A DNA stretch of 63,573 bases, filler included, from Lama guanicoe (GCA_013239625.1; 133 parts of 133 records of this genome joined end to end with filler, not necessarily neighbours in it); one strand, 5' to 3'. Counted from the first letter of the whole stretch, positions 25,655-39,423 are shown. The notes: a model not told the origin generated them from the letters alone. A program made the numbers and translations.

Positions 25655-26751
25655 GCCCCTAGCCTCCCCAGCCGGGGCAAAGACACATCAGCTNNNNNNN
25701 NNNNNNNNNNNNNNNNNNNNNNNNNNNNNNNNNNNNNTTAATTAATTAANNNNNNNNNNNNNNNNNNNNNNNNNNNNNNNNNNNNNNNNNNNNTTTTTTT
25801 TTGGTTTCAAAAACTTCTTAATGTTACTTTCATGTTTTGATTTAAGTGAAATTAAATGAAAATATCGTCTTGTGTTTTATGAACAAATGTGGCAGTTAAT
25901 ATACATTGTGTATTAACATACAAAGTAATATACATTAGCCTTAGAAGACTATTTGGCTCTCCCCAAATGGATGTTTTCCCTTACTGCATGTTGAAACTGA
26001 TATTTTACTTCTCTTCAGCTAAGCATGTGACAGTCTTGGCCACATGGTAACTCAGCAGAGGGGTCCATACACTGGCTGTATCATGATGCTCTTCCAGACT
26101 TCAGCCATTTCTTAAAAGGACGGCACTGCAGGATGAAGCCCTAAATACTCAATATGATGCACCTGGAAAGTCNNNNNNNNNNNNNNNNNNNNNNNNNNNN
26201 NNNNNNNNNNNNNNNNTTAATTAATTAANNNNNNNNNNNNNNNNNNNNNNNNNNNNNNNNNNNNNNNNNNNNCATTCACATACCAATTCCTAAGCATGCG
26301 GCTCCTCATGTGTGCTAGGTGCAGCACCTCTTCATCACCGTTATGTGGGATCTTTGTCAACTGACACGTCAAAGCAGTCTCTTTGAAAAGTAAGTACTTG
26401 ACTATCTGTGATGACTAGGCCTGTGCTGATGCTCCAGCATGACTTCAAAGAAGGACCAAAAAAGAGGAAACACTTTAAAAATTGAGTAAATTAGGAAATG
26501 TGAGCCAGGGCATACCTGAAATTCATACTGCTTTTCTGACCTTGGATTTGGGGGAAGCTTTATTAGGATTTCATGGGTTATTTTAGAACTAGATTTAGAC
26601 TCTGGGTAGCTTTTATAATTTAATGTAGTGATATTTTATATTTGTATACAGNNNNNNNNNNNNNNNNNNNNNNNNNNNNNNNNNNNNNNNNNNNNTTAAT
26701 TAATTAANNNNNNNNNNNNNNNNNNNNNNNNNNNNNNNNNNNNNNNNNNNN

Positions 26752-27130
26752 AGGAAAAACAACTCTAAAATTTATATGGAACCATAGAAGGCCCCAAATA
26801 CTCAAGTAATCTGGAGAAAAAAAGAACAAAGCTGGAGGCCACACACTTCCTGATTTCAAGCTATATTACAAAGTTACAGTAATCAAAAACAGTGTGGTAC
26901 TAGGAAAAAAAAAAAAAGATGCATAGACCAATGGAACAGAAAAGAGGGCCCAGAAATAAACCCATGTATATACAGTCAACTAATTTTCAACAAAGGTACC
27001 AAGAATATACAATGGAAAGGGATAGTCTCTTCAACAAATGGTACTGGGAAAATTGGATATTCATGTGAAGAAGAATGAAACTGAACCCATATCTTACCCC
27101 ATACACAAAAAAATGGATTAAAGACTTAAA
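26752..27130 (+). mobile_element. LINE-1 ORF2 fragment, near-duplicate of 10506-10883
   Basis: Same start and end as 10506-10883 and ~96-97% identical by manual comparison. Confidence 0.95.
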
Positions 27131-27709
27131 NNNNNNNNNNNNNNNNNNNNNNNNNNNNNNNNNNNNNNNNNNNNTTAATTAATTAANNNNNNNNNNNNNN
27201 NNNNNNNNNNNNNNNNNNNNNNNNNNNNNNCTCTGACAATATCATAGACAGTAGGATTTATCTGTCCTTAGTCCTTACATAGCCTTCTTACTCAGGGAAA
27301 TAATGCTAGAAATTAAAACTGTTCTATTAACAGATCATATTAACCAGGTACATTTTAAACAACAAAAAAATTCTTATCTAGATTCTGAATATTAGTGCAG
27401 TCTAATTTTTTTGAAAACTGGCTCAGACAGAATGGTAAATATAATGTTTTGCAGAGAATAAATCCACACAATGATGTTTGATTTATTCTTCCATGTTTAG
27501 ATAATCACAAATACAGTTTTACAAACTATCCCTTTATTTGCTCTAATTGCCAATTAAATCCTCAAACCACAAGGAATACTGAAAAATTTAAAGATAAGTT
27601 GAAACTCCANNNNNNNNNNNNNNNNNNNNNNNNNNNNNNNNNNNNNNNNNNNNTTAATTAATTAANNNNNNNNNNNNNNNNNNNNNNNNNNNNNNNNNNN
27701 NNNNNNNNN

Positions 27710-27771
27710 AAGAGGACATTTACTCAGAGACATCAGGACACTTCAGAGACACGCTCGTGAACTTGGTCCAG
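27710..27771 (+). CDS. ANXA10: Annexin A10 exon (5'-truncated)
   Basis: Encodes EDIYSETSGHFRDTLVNLVQ then a GTAGGA donor at 27772. Matches remembered ANXA10 QEDIYSETSGHFRDTLMNLVQG. Not in the ORF track. Confidence 0.92.
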
Positions 27772-29784
27772 GTAGGAAATTCCAGCATTTACACCAATTT
27801 TGCACCATTTAAAAATAGATATACTTCTTTTTCACAACATAGGGCAGAAAACTCCACTTTACTCCAGTTCAACAGTAAATCCCATACACTAACAGTTACT
27901 GAATGCCAGCTACATTCAAGGCAGAAATGAGGGCTGAATACAGACAAGCAAATATAAGACACCATCTCTGCTATCAAAACAATCTGCTATCAGTAAAATG
28001 ATTACAATTCTACACAAGCACATAAATCACTATATAGCAAAAGGGAGTTAAGACTTAAAACATTACAGCTGCAGTTGGCAGAATGAGANNNNNNNNNNNN
28101 NNNNNNNNNNNNNNNNNNNNNNNNNNNNNNNNTTAATTAATTAANNNNNNNNNNNNNNNNNNNNNNNNNNNNNNNNNNNNNNNNNNNNCAGGCCCCAGGC
28201 CCCAGGCCCCACCACAGTTGTTCACAGTCATGTACCTGGGGGACAGCCTGTACTCCAACTCCACCTCCGGGCGTGTGAGCCCACAAAGCCCGCGGCTGCT
28301 AGGATCAGACCCGCCCCAACAGGCACCAGTAATCTGCTCAGATATCCCACAGGTGCTCGGCTCACAAAGACACCAGTGGCATTAAAAACCTCCAAAGCTG
28401 CCTGGGACATAGCTCAGGTTTCAGCCTTGCTTCTGAAGTCGCTGGGCCCTGGGGAGTGGGCTCTGATTTAAGCCCCACCTCTGCTTGGGGGCGACCCACC
28501 AGGCCTTGCACACTCCCAGAGCGTGAAGCGGCCGTAAGCTCACCGAGGAAGAGGCTGCCATGGTGGCNNNNNNNNNNNNNNNNNNNNNNNNNNNNNNNNN
28601 NNNNNNNNNNNTTAATTAATTAANNNNNNNNNNNNNNNNNNNNNNNNNNNNNNNNNNNNNNNNNNNNGCTTACTGATGGAGAGCTCCCTCATTCAATTGT
28701 GGGATTATCTGCTAAATTGAAAACGGATTTTAAACTTTGTCCTAGAGGAAAATACTAGTTTGATGTTCTGTTTCAAAAAAAATTCTTCGCACATGTAAAA
28801 TGAGAAAATTGTATTGCGGATTTAGCATGTATTAAAATTAAGTTACCTAAAACATCTGCAGGGCCTGAAAAGGTATATGGAAATGAACTGTTTTCCAAGT
28901 CAATGCCACGGGAAATGACAGCTAAGCTGATCTCTTTTTCACAAACTTTTAATGATGTACTTCTCTTAGGATTTGAAAGAACTTAAGATCTAGCTGCTTT
29001 CAACTCTAGGGTACAGAGGAGTCAAAGAAAAATTAGTCCTGGGTTCNNNNNNNNNNNNNNNNNNNNNNNNNNNNNNNNNNNNNNNNNNNNTTAATTAATT
29101 AANNNNNNNNNNNNNNNNNNNNNNNNNNNNNNNNNNNNNNNNNNNNCTCAGTCATTATTAATCCCTCCATTCTTGCTTTATCAATCCCCAAACTCAGCGA
29201 ATGTTGCCTCTTATACTCCAACACCCACGCAGCTGGACTTGGGTGAAAACACTGTCATTCTGATCACTTCAAATTCATGACCACCAACCAACATGGTTTC
29301 TTCACATGTTCAGCAGTGACTGTAATCTAGTTGCTCTTCCCTTCTTCCATAAGATGATTTTATGCTTATTTCACACATCATTTATTTGAGCATTCAGTAT
29401 GTTCTTCCCTCCCGTCAGCAAGGAGACCATCCCTACGATGTGAAAGGGATGGTCTTAGTCTACTCCTGTTTTCTAAGCCTAAGGATTAGTAGTGCTCATT
29501 TTCATTCTCAAAAGTGTTCATGTTTNNNNNNNNNNNNNNNNNNNNNNNNNNNNNNNNNNNNNNNNNNNNTTAATTAATTAANNNNNNNNNNNNNNNNNNN
29601 NNNNNNNNNNNNNNNNNNNNNNNNNAATCTGAGGGAGAGTGCACTGTGTGTGAATGTGTGTGCAGCGCACATGGCTCCACAAATGTGTGTTGTGTGAGGA
29701 GGTGTGTGTATGTGTGGAGGTGAGTGAACTTGAACCTGTGTGGGTCTTTCTGCCTTAATAACAGTGTCAGACATCGTTGTTTTT

Positions 29785-30003
29785 ATTCTTTTTAAAATAA
29801 TAGTTGGTTTACAATGTTGTGTTCCTTTCTGGTGGACAGCAGGGTGATTCAGTTGTGCATGTATGTGTCCTTTGTCATTACTGGTTATTACAGGATGTTG
29901 ACTGTAATTCCCTGGGCTATGCAGCAAGACCTTGCTGTTGATCTATTTTATATTGAGTAGTTTGTATCTGCTAATCCCAAACTCCTAATTTCTCCCTCCT
30001 CCC
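29785..30003 (-). mobile_element. LINE-1 3'UTR terminus, preceded by TG-rich low-complexity sequence
   Basis: atagttggtttacaatgttgtgttcctttctggtggacagcag...gaccttgctgttgatctatttt is the reverse complement of the 12895-type L1 end. Confidence 0.85.
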
Positions 30004-31061
30004 NNNNNNNNNNNNNNNNNNNNNNNNNNNNNNNNNNNNNNNNNNNNTTAATTAATTAANNNNNNNNNNNNNNNNNNNNNNNNNNNNNNNNNNNNNNNNN
30101 NNNGGGCCACACGCCTCCCTCATTCTTTGGAAACGGGGAAGTATTTGCTCTTATTTAAGCAGAGAGCTTCACTGATTATCCTCTCGCCTGGATACTGCCA
30201 CGCACTTGATGAGGAAGGGCAGCTGGGTAAGTCACTGTAAACAGAGCCAGACGGCCCTCCACCCGTGGACGCGGGTTCTGCCCGCACGCGGCGGAATCTT
30301 GTGGACCGGCACCCAGACGCAGCCCTCCCCACAGCGATGGCCACTGTGAGCTCTGGGGACAGGGCCCTGTCCGCTCACCACCCACCTCGCTGCTGGGCCT
30401 GGAGGAAACGGTGCAAGCACCCACAAACACACCCGTGGATGGCAGCGTGGCTGAGTTAAAAAAGATGGCGACTTCAGAACATNNNNNNNNNNNNNNNNNN
30501 NNNNNNNNNNNNNNNNNNNNNNNNNNTTAATTAATTAANNNNNNNNNNNNNNNNNNNNNNNNNNNNNNNNNNNNNNNNNNNNGCTCTATAAACAAAAACC
30601 TGTAAATAATTTCAGAATCTTTTCTTATATTTAAGGGAAAATAAAAAACAAACAAATAATAAAAATGAAGGGGGAAAATATTGTGAAATTAAGTTACATT
30701 ATTTTAATTTGCCCCCAAAATTTTGACTGTTAAGCTCTGATGTTCATCTTATAAAACCTTTCACATACAGGTCCTTACCCAGGCTTTTTGATTTTAAAAC
30801 CATTTTTTACGCAAACTTTAATTCTCACAAGCCAGAGATTATGTTTCTCTGTTTCAAAATTATTTGCCCTATACCAATGCACTGAGTCCAATTTAGATAC
30901 TCAATAGCTTATTTTAAATGTTGACTATGTATGAAACTTGATTTCAAATATGAGGCTCACANNNNNNNNNNNNNNNNNNNNNNNNNNNNNNNNNNNNNNN
31001 NNNNNTTAATTAATTAANNNNNNNNNNNNNNNNNNNNNNNNNNNNNNNNNNNNNNNNNNNN

Positions 31062-31438
31062 TGTGGGTGTTTAACCTACAACCCACAACCATGGAATAAC
31101 TGTGCCCCCCTGAAAGATGCTTTGACTCTGTTTCCTCACTTCCAGCACACAAACGAGGAAGTGTTCTTCTTTCCTGAATGTGGGGAGTTTCCTTCAACTA
31201 ACAGCAGCACCAGGGATCTAATAGAATTCCTTAGCTTGACTCACTTGAGTGTTCTCCTACGCCGGGCTTTGAGCGAAAGTGGGGGTTGGGCTCTAAAGCC
31301 AAGTAATAGCCAGTGTCTCTCTGTGGGCAGTGAAGGAGTTTAAATTACATCATCTACTTGGGAAAAACTGTGCCCCCATAAAGATGCAAGGACTCTGTTT
31401 CCCCACTTCCAACACACACACGAAGACGTGTTCAGGTA
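31062..31438. repeat. Tandem repeat/satellite, period ~267 bp (~1.4 units)
   Basis: The block aactgtgccccc..aaagatgc...gactctgtttcc.cacttcca.cacaca.acga.ga.gtgttc occurs at ~31098 and ~31366 (aagatgc at 31114 and 31381), ~85% identical over ~70 nt. Confidence 0.85.
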
Positions 31439-32119
31439 NNNNNNNNNNNNNNNNNNNNNNNNNNNNNNNNNNNNNNNNNNNNTTAATTAATTAANNNNNN
31501 NNNNNNNNNNNNNNNNNNNNNNNNNNNNNNNNNNNNNNAAAGTGACCTTAATGATTTCATATGCAAAGTGAGTGAATAAATACTTGCAATCTAAGCTGAA
31601 ACTGATGATAGCAAGATTTAGTGATATTTCTACTAAATCTGCACTTACTATGAGTAAATAAATGATTATAAAGCAAACATTTAACCAAATATGTTTTAAT
31701 GTTAAGATGTTTATATGCAGGAAAAAACTCATATTCTGAATTGTTTGAAATTTTGATTAAACCCACATGTCAAACAACCAAAAATACCTTTATCTAAATG
31801 ACATATAGAAAATACCAAGTTTTAGAAAGCATATGGAGTGTACTGTTGATCAACCATGACAAAACTATACATATATTTATATATATTACATATGATACAC
31901 ACATATGTTATATATGTNNNNNNNNNNNNNNNNNNNNNNNNNNNNNNNNNNNNNNNNNNNNTTAATTAATTAANNNNNNNNNNNNNNNNNNNNNNNNNNN
32001 NNNNNNNNNNNNNNNNNATTTTACTGTATTTAAAAGGAACTCCATTGCCCTGGTTATCGCCCCTTTTGCTTTTTCTGAGCAGCGTCCAACGCCGTCCAGC
32101 AAACTGTTAATTATTTACG

Positions 32120-32270
32120 TGTGGACTGCCTGCGATTAGAACATACACTTCATGAGGATAGAGATTTTTGTCTGTTTTGTTGACTGCTGTTTCCCCGGTG
32201 CCTAAAATAATGCCTGGTACCTTACAAGCACTATATAACTACTTGGTAATGAACGAATAAACAAATGAAC
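32120..32270 (+). mobile_element. LINE-2 3' end
   Basis: cttcatgaggatagagatttttgtctgttttgttgactgctgtttccccggtgcctaaaataatgcctggtac...aatgaacgaataaacaaatgaa. Confidence 0.8.
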
Positions 32271-32287
32271 TTCAAGGTAGGCACTAG

Positions 32288-32396
32288 TCCTATCTCATTT
32301 TACAGAGAAGCCAACTGACACACAGGGTGATTAAGTGTTTCCCAAGGTCACAGAGCTAGTAGGTGGTAAAGCCAGGAATGACACACGGGATTCAAG
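32288..32396. mobile_element. MIR SINE core
   Basis: ctcattttacagagaagccaactgacacacagggtgattaagtgtttcccaaggtcacagagctagtaggtgg. Confidence 0.8.
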
Positions 32397-32496
32397 NNNN
32401 NNNNNNNNNNNNNNNNNNNNNNNNNNNNNNNNNNNNNNNNTTAATTAATTAANNNNNNNNNNNNNNNNNNNNNNNNNNNNNNNNNNNNNNNNNNNN

Positions 32497-32645
32497 AATA
32501 AATCTACTTTTACTAAACTATGGCTCACTCTTGAATTCTTTTCTGCGCAAAGCCAATGACCCTCACTTGGTGGGACATGTCCCAGGGACTCAACTGAGAC
32601 CTGGGACATGGCCATCCTCTCTCATCCCATTTTTCACCTGTATCA
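32497..32645 (+). mobile_element. ERV1 LTR 3' end
   Basis: AATAAA followed by ctcttgaattcttttctgcgcaaagccaa... and a ...cctgtatCA terminus. Confidence 0.65.
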
Positions 32646-35600
32646 GTCCAGCTCTACTTGATCTTAAATACTGTTTTTGTGGGGTCTTCTCAGCCCTCTT
32701 GCTTCCTCTTTCCCCCTACTCATCCTTCATGAGCCCACTGATGCCAATGTAAAGGGTCTCTAGCCCCAAACTCTCTTGGCTTCCAAATTCTTAAAGCCAC
32801 TTGTGTGCTGGCTACTTCCATATAGATGTCCCATACTCATCTTGGTCTTTCCAAAGCTAAATAAATCATCTTTCTNNNNNNNNNNNNNNNNNNNNNNNNN
32901 NNNNNNNNNNNNNNNNNNNTTAATTAATTAANNNNNNNNNNNNNNNNNNNNNNNNNNNNNNNNNNNNNNNNNNNNTATTGCATTATTATCCTTAAAATTA
33001 ATCAGCCACGTCCAAAAAGTGAAACCAACTTCCAAAGAAATTCTGACAGGTTTATAATATACAAACTTTATCATCAATTCATAATAAATATATTCTAGAG
33101 AGGATATAGATATCTAGATAGAGACAGATGATTGATTGCTTGCTTTTTACATTTGAAGTCAATTTTAAACCAGTGATGTCTACATTACTTATCTCATCAA
33201 GGAGACTTCATTTATGTATTTGCTGATTGTACACAACCTTTGTATGTAGTTAGAAGAAATGGTGGCATTTAATTGTTGGATATCTGCAAAAGGGAAATTA
33301 TATTCTTTTTATTTTATCTAAATCATGAAATAAACAAGTGAGAAAATTTTAGGANNNNNNNNNNNNNNNNNNNNNNNNNNNNNNNNNNNNNNNNNNNNTT
33401 AATTAATTAANNNNNNNNNNNNNNNNNNNNNNNNNNNNNNNNNNNNNNNNNNNNCCCCCCTGTAAAATAACCCACTCTATAAATAGGGCTTATTCCACTG
33501 ACTTTATATGTGGATGAGAAAATTGGTACTCAAGTGGCTACTTGTATTAGCCAAAGCAAGAGTAGCAGAGATAAGAGGGCTCCTGTTGATAAATAATCGT
33601 ACTTGACACTATTTTTACCTGTGATAATTGATAGTCATGTCAAGATACCCATTGTTTTAGAGTCCATAACACAACTGAGCAGTAGAAACTAGAGCAAAAT
33701 TAGATAGAGAAAAGTATCTTTTTGCTTGTGGACACAGAACGAGGAACTCTATTTTCTCAGAAAACAAGGGAAAGAATCAATATATTACAATGTGCCATAA
33801 TATTTCTCTGTCATATTCTAAATGTTTGTAAAANNNNNNNNNNNNNNNNNNNNNNNNNNNNNNNNNNNNNNNNNNNNTTAATTAATTAANNNNNNNNNNN
33901 NNNNNNNNNNNNNNNNNNNNNNNNNNNNNNNNNGATCATCGGAGCTGGGTCCTGTGGCTCCTCGGTTCCTCCTCTTGCCCTCACCTGCTGCCTGTCTGCC
34001 CGCTTTTAGGAGCAGGGTGAAACCCATCCTGTATGAGTCTCCTTGGTGAGTGATGACTCCTGTGGCCCACCCGTGTTGTTTTCCCCGAAAATGTGCTGGA
34101 GGAGCCCTGGAGGTGTGAGGGATGGAGTGTCTGGGTGAACTGGCTCAGCAGGGTTTTTGCTAAAAGTGGACCATGTGTAAATCAAGAGGGACAGCGCAAA
34201 GTCATGGCCCCGTTGGGAAGAGGGTTCAGAGTCTGGTCCAGGAGAGAATCTTGGCAGGTGGCGGGTTGTCCAGTGAGTGAAGGAAGCTGGATGGGCGGGT
34301 GAGTGGCTGATGNNNNNNNNNNNNNNNNNNNNNNNNNNNNNNNNNNNNNNNNNNNNTTAATTAATTAANNNNNNNNNNNNNNNNNNNNNNNNNNNNNNNN
34401 NNNNNNNNNNNNTGGTCTTAACCAAACTTTCTCCCCTTTGTTTTCACTTTTTGCTGCCCCTCCAGATTCTCCTCTCCCTTTCCCACTTTTCCCTTTTCCT
34501 CCCCTCTTCCTTGCATCCCTCCATGAGATGCTTTCTGTCCTTCCGTGACAACATTTCCTTCCACACCTATGGCGTTTTGTGTGGCTTGCCCCTTCTAATG
34601 TGTCCTTTAAAGTCAAGTGCAGGCACACGTGCTGTGAGGTATGCAAACGTGTGCACCAGCCCCTCCCCTCCAAGTCGCTGGGAGCTGATGAAGTGGGGTG
34701 CACCAGTTGTCATTTGGTGTTTCCAGCTTGGCTGTCTAGCAGCTGACCCCTTTCCTAAATGGGGAACTCACCCCTTATGTATAAATTGGGTNNNNNNNNN
34801 NNNNNNNNNNNNNNNNNNNNNNNNNNNNNNNNNNNTTAATTAATTAANNNNNNNNNNNNNNNNNNNNNNNNNNNNNNNNNNNNNNNNNNNNTCTATTATT
34901 TTGAGAAGAGACAACAGTTGGAATCCAGAGAACGGTAGGGCTACAATTACACTAATACTAATCCAGGCAAGAAGTGATGTTGCAGGGCCCTCAGGGACAG
35001 CAGGAGTGTGATGCAACTGATCAGGACCACTTTCTGAATACACTCCAGTGTTATTCCCTGATGAGTTGGATGTGAGAATGAGAAAAACCAAAGAAGTCAA
35101 AAACAACTCAATGCTATTTGTGGACTGTTGTCACTGTTAGGGGATGAACTGAGCTGGAAGGAGTGAGTGCCCAGGTGTCAGAGCAGCCTGTTAAGACAGC
35201 AAAGCTAAATGAAGGGAACCATCAAGGCTTCAGTCACCACAATCACATAAGCATGAGGCTAAAGAGCAGANNNNNNNNNNNNNNNNNNNNNNNNNNNNNN
35301 NNNNNNNNNNNNNNTTAATTAATTAANNNNNNNNNNNNNNNNNNNNNNNNNNNNNNNNNNNNNNNNNNNNAAATGGGGGAAATCTGAATCAATAATTTGT
35401 CAATTTTGGTTCATTAATTGTGACTAACATACTGTCCTAATGCAAGATGTAAATAGGAGAAACTGGGTGAGACCGTATATGGGAACTCCATATTATTGTC
35501 CGAACTTTTCTGTGAATCTACAATTATTCTAAAGTTAAAAAGTTTATGGCAAAGGAAGTAAGTTTTTAAAAATGATGAATTACTCAGTGAAAAAAAGTGC

Positions 35601-36807
35601 AGTAAATTGATTGCTGGTATTATAAGGGTAGGGGTGGTAAGAAGGCACCATAGAAGTCTTACCCTACTTTCCCTGTGAATCAGCAGGGTTCCAGTGAAGT
35701 AACACAGAAAAGAGCTCTTGTGTTCCTGTCACAGATACGTGGCCCCTCTNNNNNNNNNNNNNNNNNNNNNNNNNNNNNNNNNNNNNNNNNNNNTTAATTA
35801 ATTAANNNNNNNNNNNNNNNNNNNNNNNNNNNNNNNNNNNNNNNNNNNNGGGCCGGACCCCTTGGCAAACAAACCATCTCCCACCCCTCCTCTCCAATCT
35901 GAAATCCAGCCTCTGTCCTGGAAACCATTGCCTTGTTATGAGATCCATACGGGTGTGGATGCAGGGCTAACGTTTATCTTTTCCTGCCAGGTTGCTGGGT
36001 TCAGGAGCCAAGAGGAATGCTAAGCAGGGAGGTGGGAGTGTGGTGGAGGCTGCGCAGGAGCCCAGGGGGGCCAGTCGTGGAGGCCTCAGGCCTCATCTCC
36101 AGCCAGGACTAGGAGAGGGGCACATGGGGCTCTGCCCTCTGCCCCAGAGCTCTGCCTGCCTGAACTCTCCTGAATCCTGGAACCCTGAGGCCCCTGCGTA
36201 GGGTGACGGAGGAGACCCCTGCCCCCTGNNNNNNNNNNNNNNNNNNNNNNNNNNNNNNNNNNNNNNNNNNNNTTAATTAATTAANNNNNNNNNNNNNNNN
36301 NNNNNNNNNNNNNNNNNNNNNNNNNNNNAAAAAAAAATTCACAGCGTCAGAGGCCTACATGTCTTTAAGTTGGGGAGCCGGGAGAGAGTGTCACCAGAGA
36401 CCAGCAGAGCTCGGGCCCTGTGGCAGATGCTCCTCAGACACTCCTGGAGGGCTCCAGGCTGGGTCTATTAGATAGTTAGGTAAGTGGGGGCACTGGGCAG
36501 ATGGGTAGAGGAGAGGCAGGACGGTCCAAAAGATGGCGTTATGCCCGCCTCCTGCACAAAGGGACTTTACTTCTAAATGAGCTCCAGCAAGAAACCCATT
36601 AGAACCCGACAGCTGCAACTGCTCACTAGCGAGAAGGACTTAGCGAAACGTGACCTAATACTCACTGTAATATAATTCACACTGCGGTTTAGGACCATCA
36701 CCCCCCCNNNNNNNNNNNNNNNNNNNNNNNNNNNNNNNNNNNNNNNNNNNNTTAATTAATTAANNNNNNNNNNNNNNNNNNNNNNNNNNNNNNNNNNNNN
36801 NNNNNNN

Positions 36808-37186
36808 AACCAAAATTTCCCTTCTGCTGCTCTTACGATAAAGCCCCTTTAAGTCAAGGCGTTCCAAGGTAGGACCCGGGCCCTGCCTCCCTCTCCTGCT
36901 GCCTAGCGCACCCGCCCCCAGACCGCGCTCCTCCCGCCACCGCCGCAAAGGCCTGTTCAGCCTCCAGTCTCCCACGTTCCCCCTCGTCTCCGACTCCGGG
37001 GGACAGCCAGTTCTCCCGACTCAATCTCCCCTCCCTCAGCTCGCCCCTAAGAGTCCATTTAGCAGCGCGCCCAGAGCCGCAGGACTAGCTCCCTGTTCTC
37101 GGAGCTCCTTCTCAGCCCTTGTCACCACTTTGGTGAGCGCGGGCGGATCGCGATGAGGAACCGCCGCTGGACTGCACCCCCCCCCC
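36808..37186. promoter_or_regulatory. GC/CpG-rich fragment, possible CpG-island promoter piece
   Basis: High GC, many CpGs and GC-box-like cccgcccc/gggcgg motifs; no gene could be assigned. Confidence 0.4.
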
Positions 37187-38723
37187 NNNNNNNNNNNNNN
37201 NNNNNNNNNNNNNNNNNNNNNNNNNNNNNNTTAATTAATTAANNNNNNNNNNNNNNNNNNNNNNNNNNNNNNNNNNNNNNNNNNNNCATGTTTGCCTTAA
37301 CTTTTTTTTTTCTTTTTGGACTCTTTTATTAACAGCTTAACTGAAACATTACTTTTCCTGTTACCTGCTCATAACGTGGCATTTTATACCTCTTGGCACT
37401 GACGTACTTACACATCCCTGTTTTATCACTCACCACCTAGCCCACTCTTTAGGCATTTAACCACATTCTCCTGGGCACATCTCTTCAATAAAGGAATCTT
37501 TCAAGTTTATGTCTTTTTCCCTCCAGCAAGGCTTCAGGCCCCTTTTTTTGCTCCCCTTGACCCCAACTCAGCCTCACAGCCAGGTTGTCCCTTTCTTAGG
37601 ACTTCTTACCATTTTGTCAAATGTTGTCTAAAAACTATGAAGCAAAGGAATTTGCTCCTTTTTTTNNNNNNNNNNNNNNNNNNNNNNNNNNNNNNNNNNN
37701 NNNNNNNNNTTAATTAATTAANNNNNNNNNNNNNNNNNNNNNNNNNNNNNNNNNNNNNNNNNNNNTACCAAATGTACTTGAAGCACTCTAGAAGAGCCAA
37801 GGAATAATTTCCATCTCATCTATGCCAGAAACTTTTCATTTACACTAGATCATTTTCTCATAGATGGTTCAATAAAAAATCCCTTGCTAATCCAATCTGG
37901 CCAACACACAGTCTACGTGTCTTGAAACTCACTGCCAGCATAAATTCTAATCTACTCTAAACTTGCTTCAGTCATTCAGAAAAGTCAAAAAACAAATATA
38001 CTTATGGAATACAGTTCAGTAGTATTCTTCAAAACCAAATATTATTATAAGCTGTGATCATAAACAATGTGACTGAAACAGTAGTTACATCAAGGAAGTT
38101 CTTATTAATTAAAAAATTAAACAAAACCCTGACTGCATTTAACTNNNNNNNNNNNNNNNNNNNNNNNNNNNNNNNNNNNNNNNNNNNNTTAATTAATTAA
38201 NNNNNNNNNNNNNNNNNNNNNNNNNNNNNNNNNNNNNNNNNNNNTTTAGAAATCAATACTCTATTTTCATAGCTTTTTCTCTTTCTTTTCTTTATGGTTT
38301 CATCACATATGTGTACATTCCTACATAATGTACTGTTGTGTTTTACCCGGTTTTGAAATTTACATAAGTGGAATCACATTGTGCATATTCTTCTGTGACT
38401 TATCCATGTATCCATCCATGCAAATATGTTTATCTGTAGCTCATCATTACACAACTCTAAATTGTACCTCATTATATAAAATAGTTTACTTTTTCTAACA
38501 GTGATGCTTTCGATGAACATTTGGGTTGTTTCCACTTTTTTCCTCTTACACTGTTTCTAGGTACATTTTTATATGTTTCTTCTGATCATAATGTGCAATG
38601 ATTTTACTAGGTTATCATTTTCTNNNNNNNNNNNNNNNNNNNNNNNNNNNNNNNNNNNNNNNNNNNNTTAATTAATTAANNNNNNNNNNNNNNNNNNNNN
38701 NNNNNNNNNNNNNNNNNNNNNNN

Positions 38724-39102
38724 CCCATCTTTAGGGTTTTGATGTCCTCCTTAAACACTTCTTTTCTATTCTGTGAAACTCATTGCTCTTCCTGCATTTC
38801 CAATGATGGTTTTCTAATTTCTGTTACTTGTTGCTACTTTTCTATTCAGGGTAGAATTCTCAATCTTCCTTTTAGGATAAGTTTCAAACTGCTGAATTCT
38901 TTTAACTTTTGCTGATCTGTGAAATTGTCTAGCTCTGTCGTTATAAGAAATGGCAGGCTTGTGACATATGCTACCCTAGATTGCAGCTCTTTCTCATTCA
39001 GGATTTGGTTTATGTCCTGGCACTCCTTCCTGTCCTGAAGTATTTCTGTTGATATATCAGCTGAAACACCTCTGGAGTTTCTGTTGTGACTAAGTTGCTT
39101 TC
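38724..39102 (-). mobile_element. Degenerate LINE-1 ORF1 region
   Basis: tgctgaattcttttaacttttgctgatctgtgaaa...ggcactccttcctgtcctgaagtatttctgttgatatatcagctga is antisense L1 ORF1. Confidence 0.7.
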
Positions 39103-39204
39103 NNNNNNNNNNNNNNNNNNNNNNNNNNNNNNNNNNNNNNNNNNNNTTAATTAATTAANNNNNNNNNNNNNNNNNNNNNNNNNNNNNNNNNNNNNNNNNN
39201 NNGT

Positions 39205-39423
<219 letters not shown>

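Noticed and set aside
35967..36023. Branch point, polypyrimidine tract and CAG acceptor followed by a short frame VAGFRSQEEC*
   Set aside because: The splice signal looks plausible, but no frame gives a peptide I recognise, so there is not enough support to call an exon.
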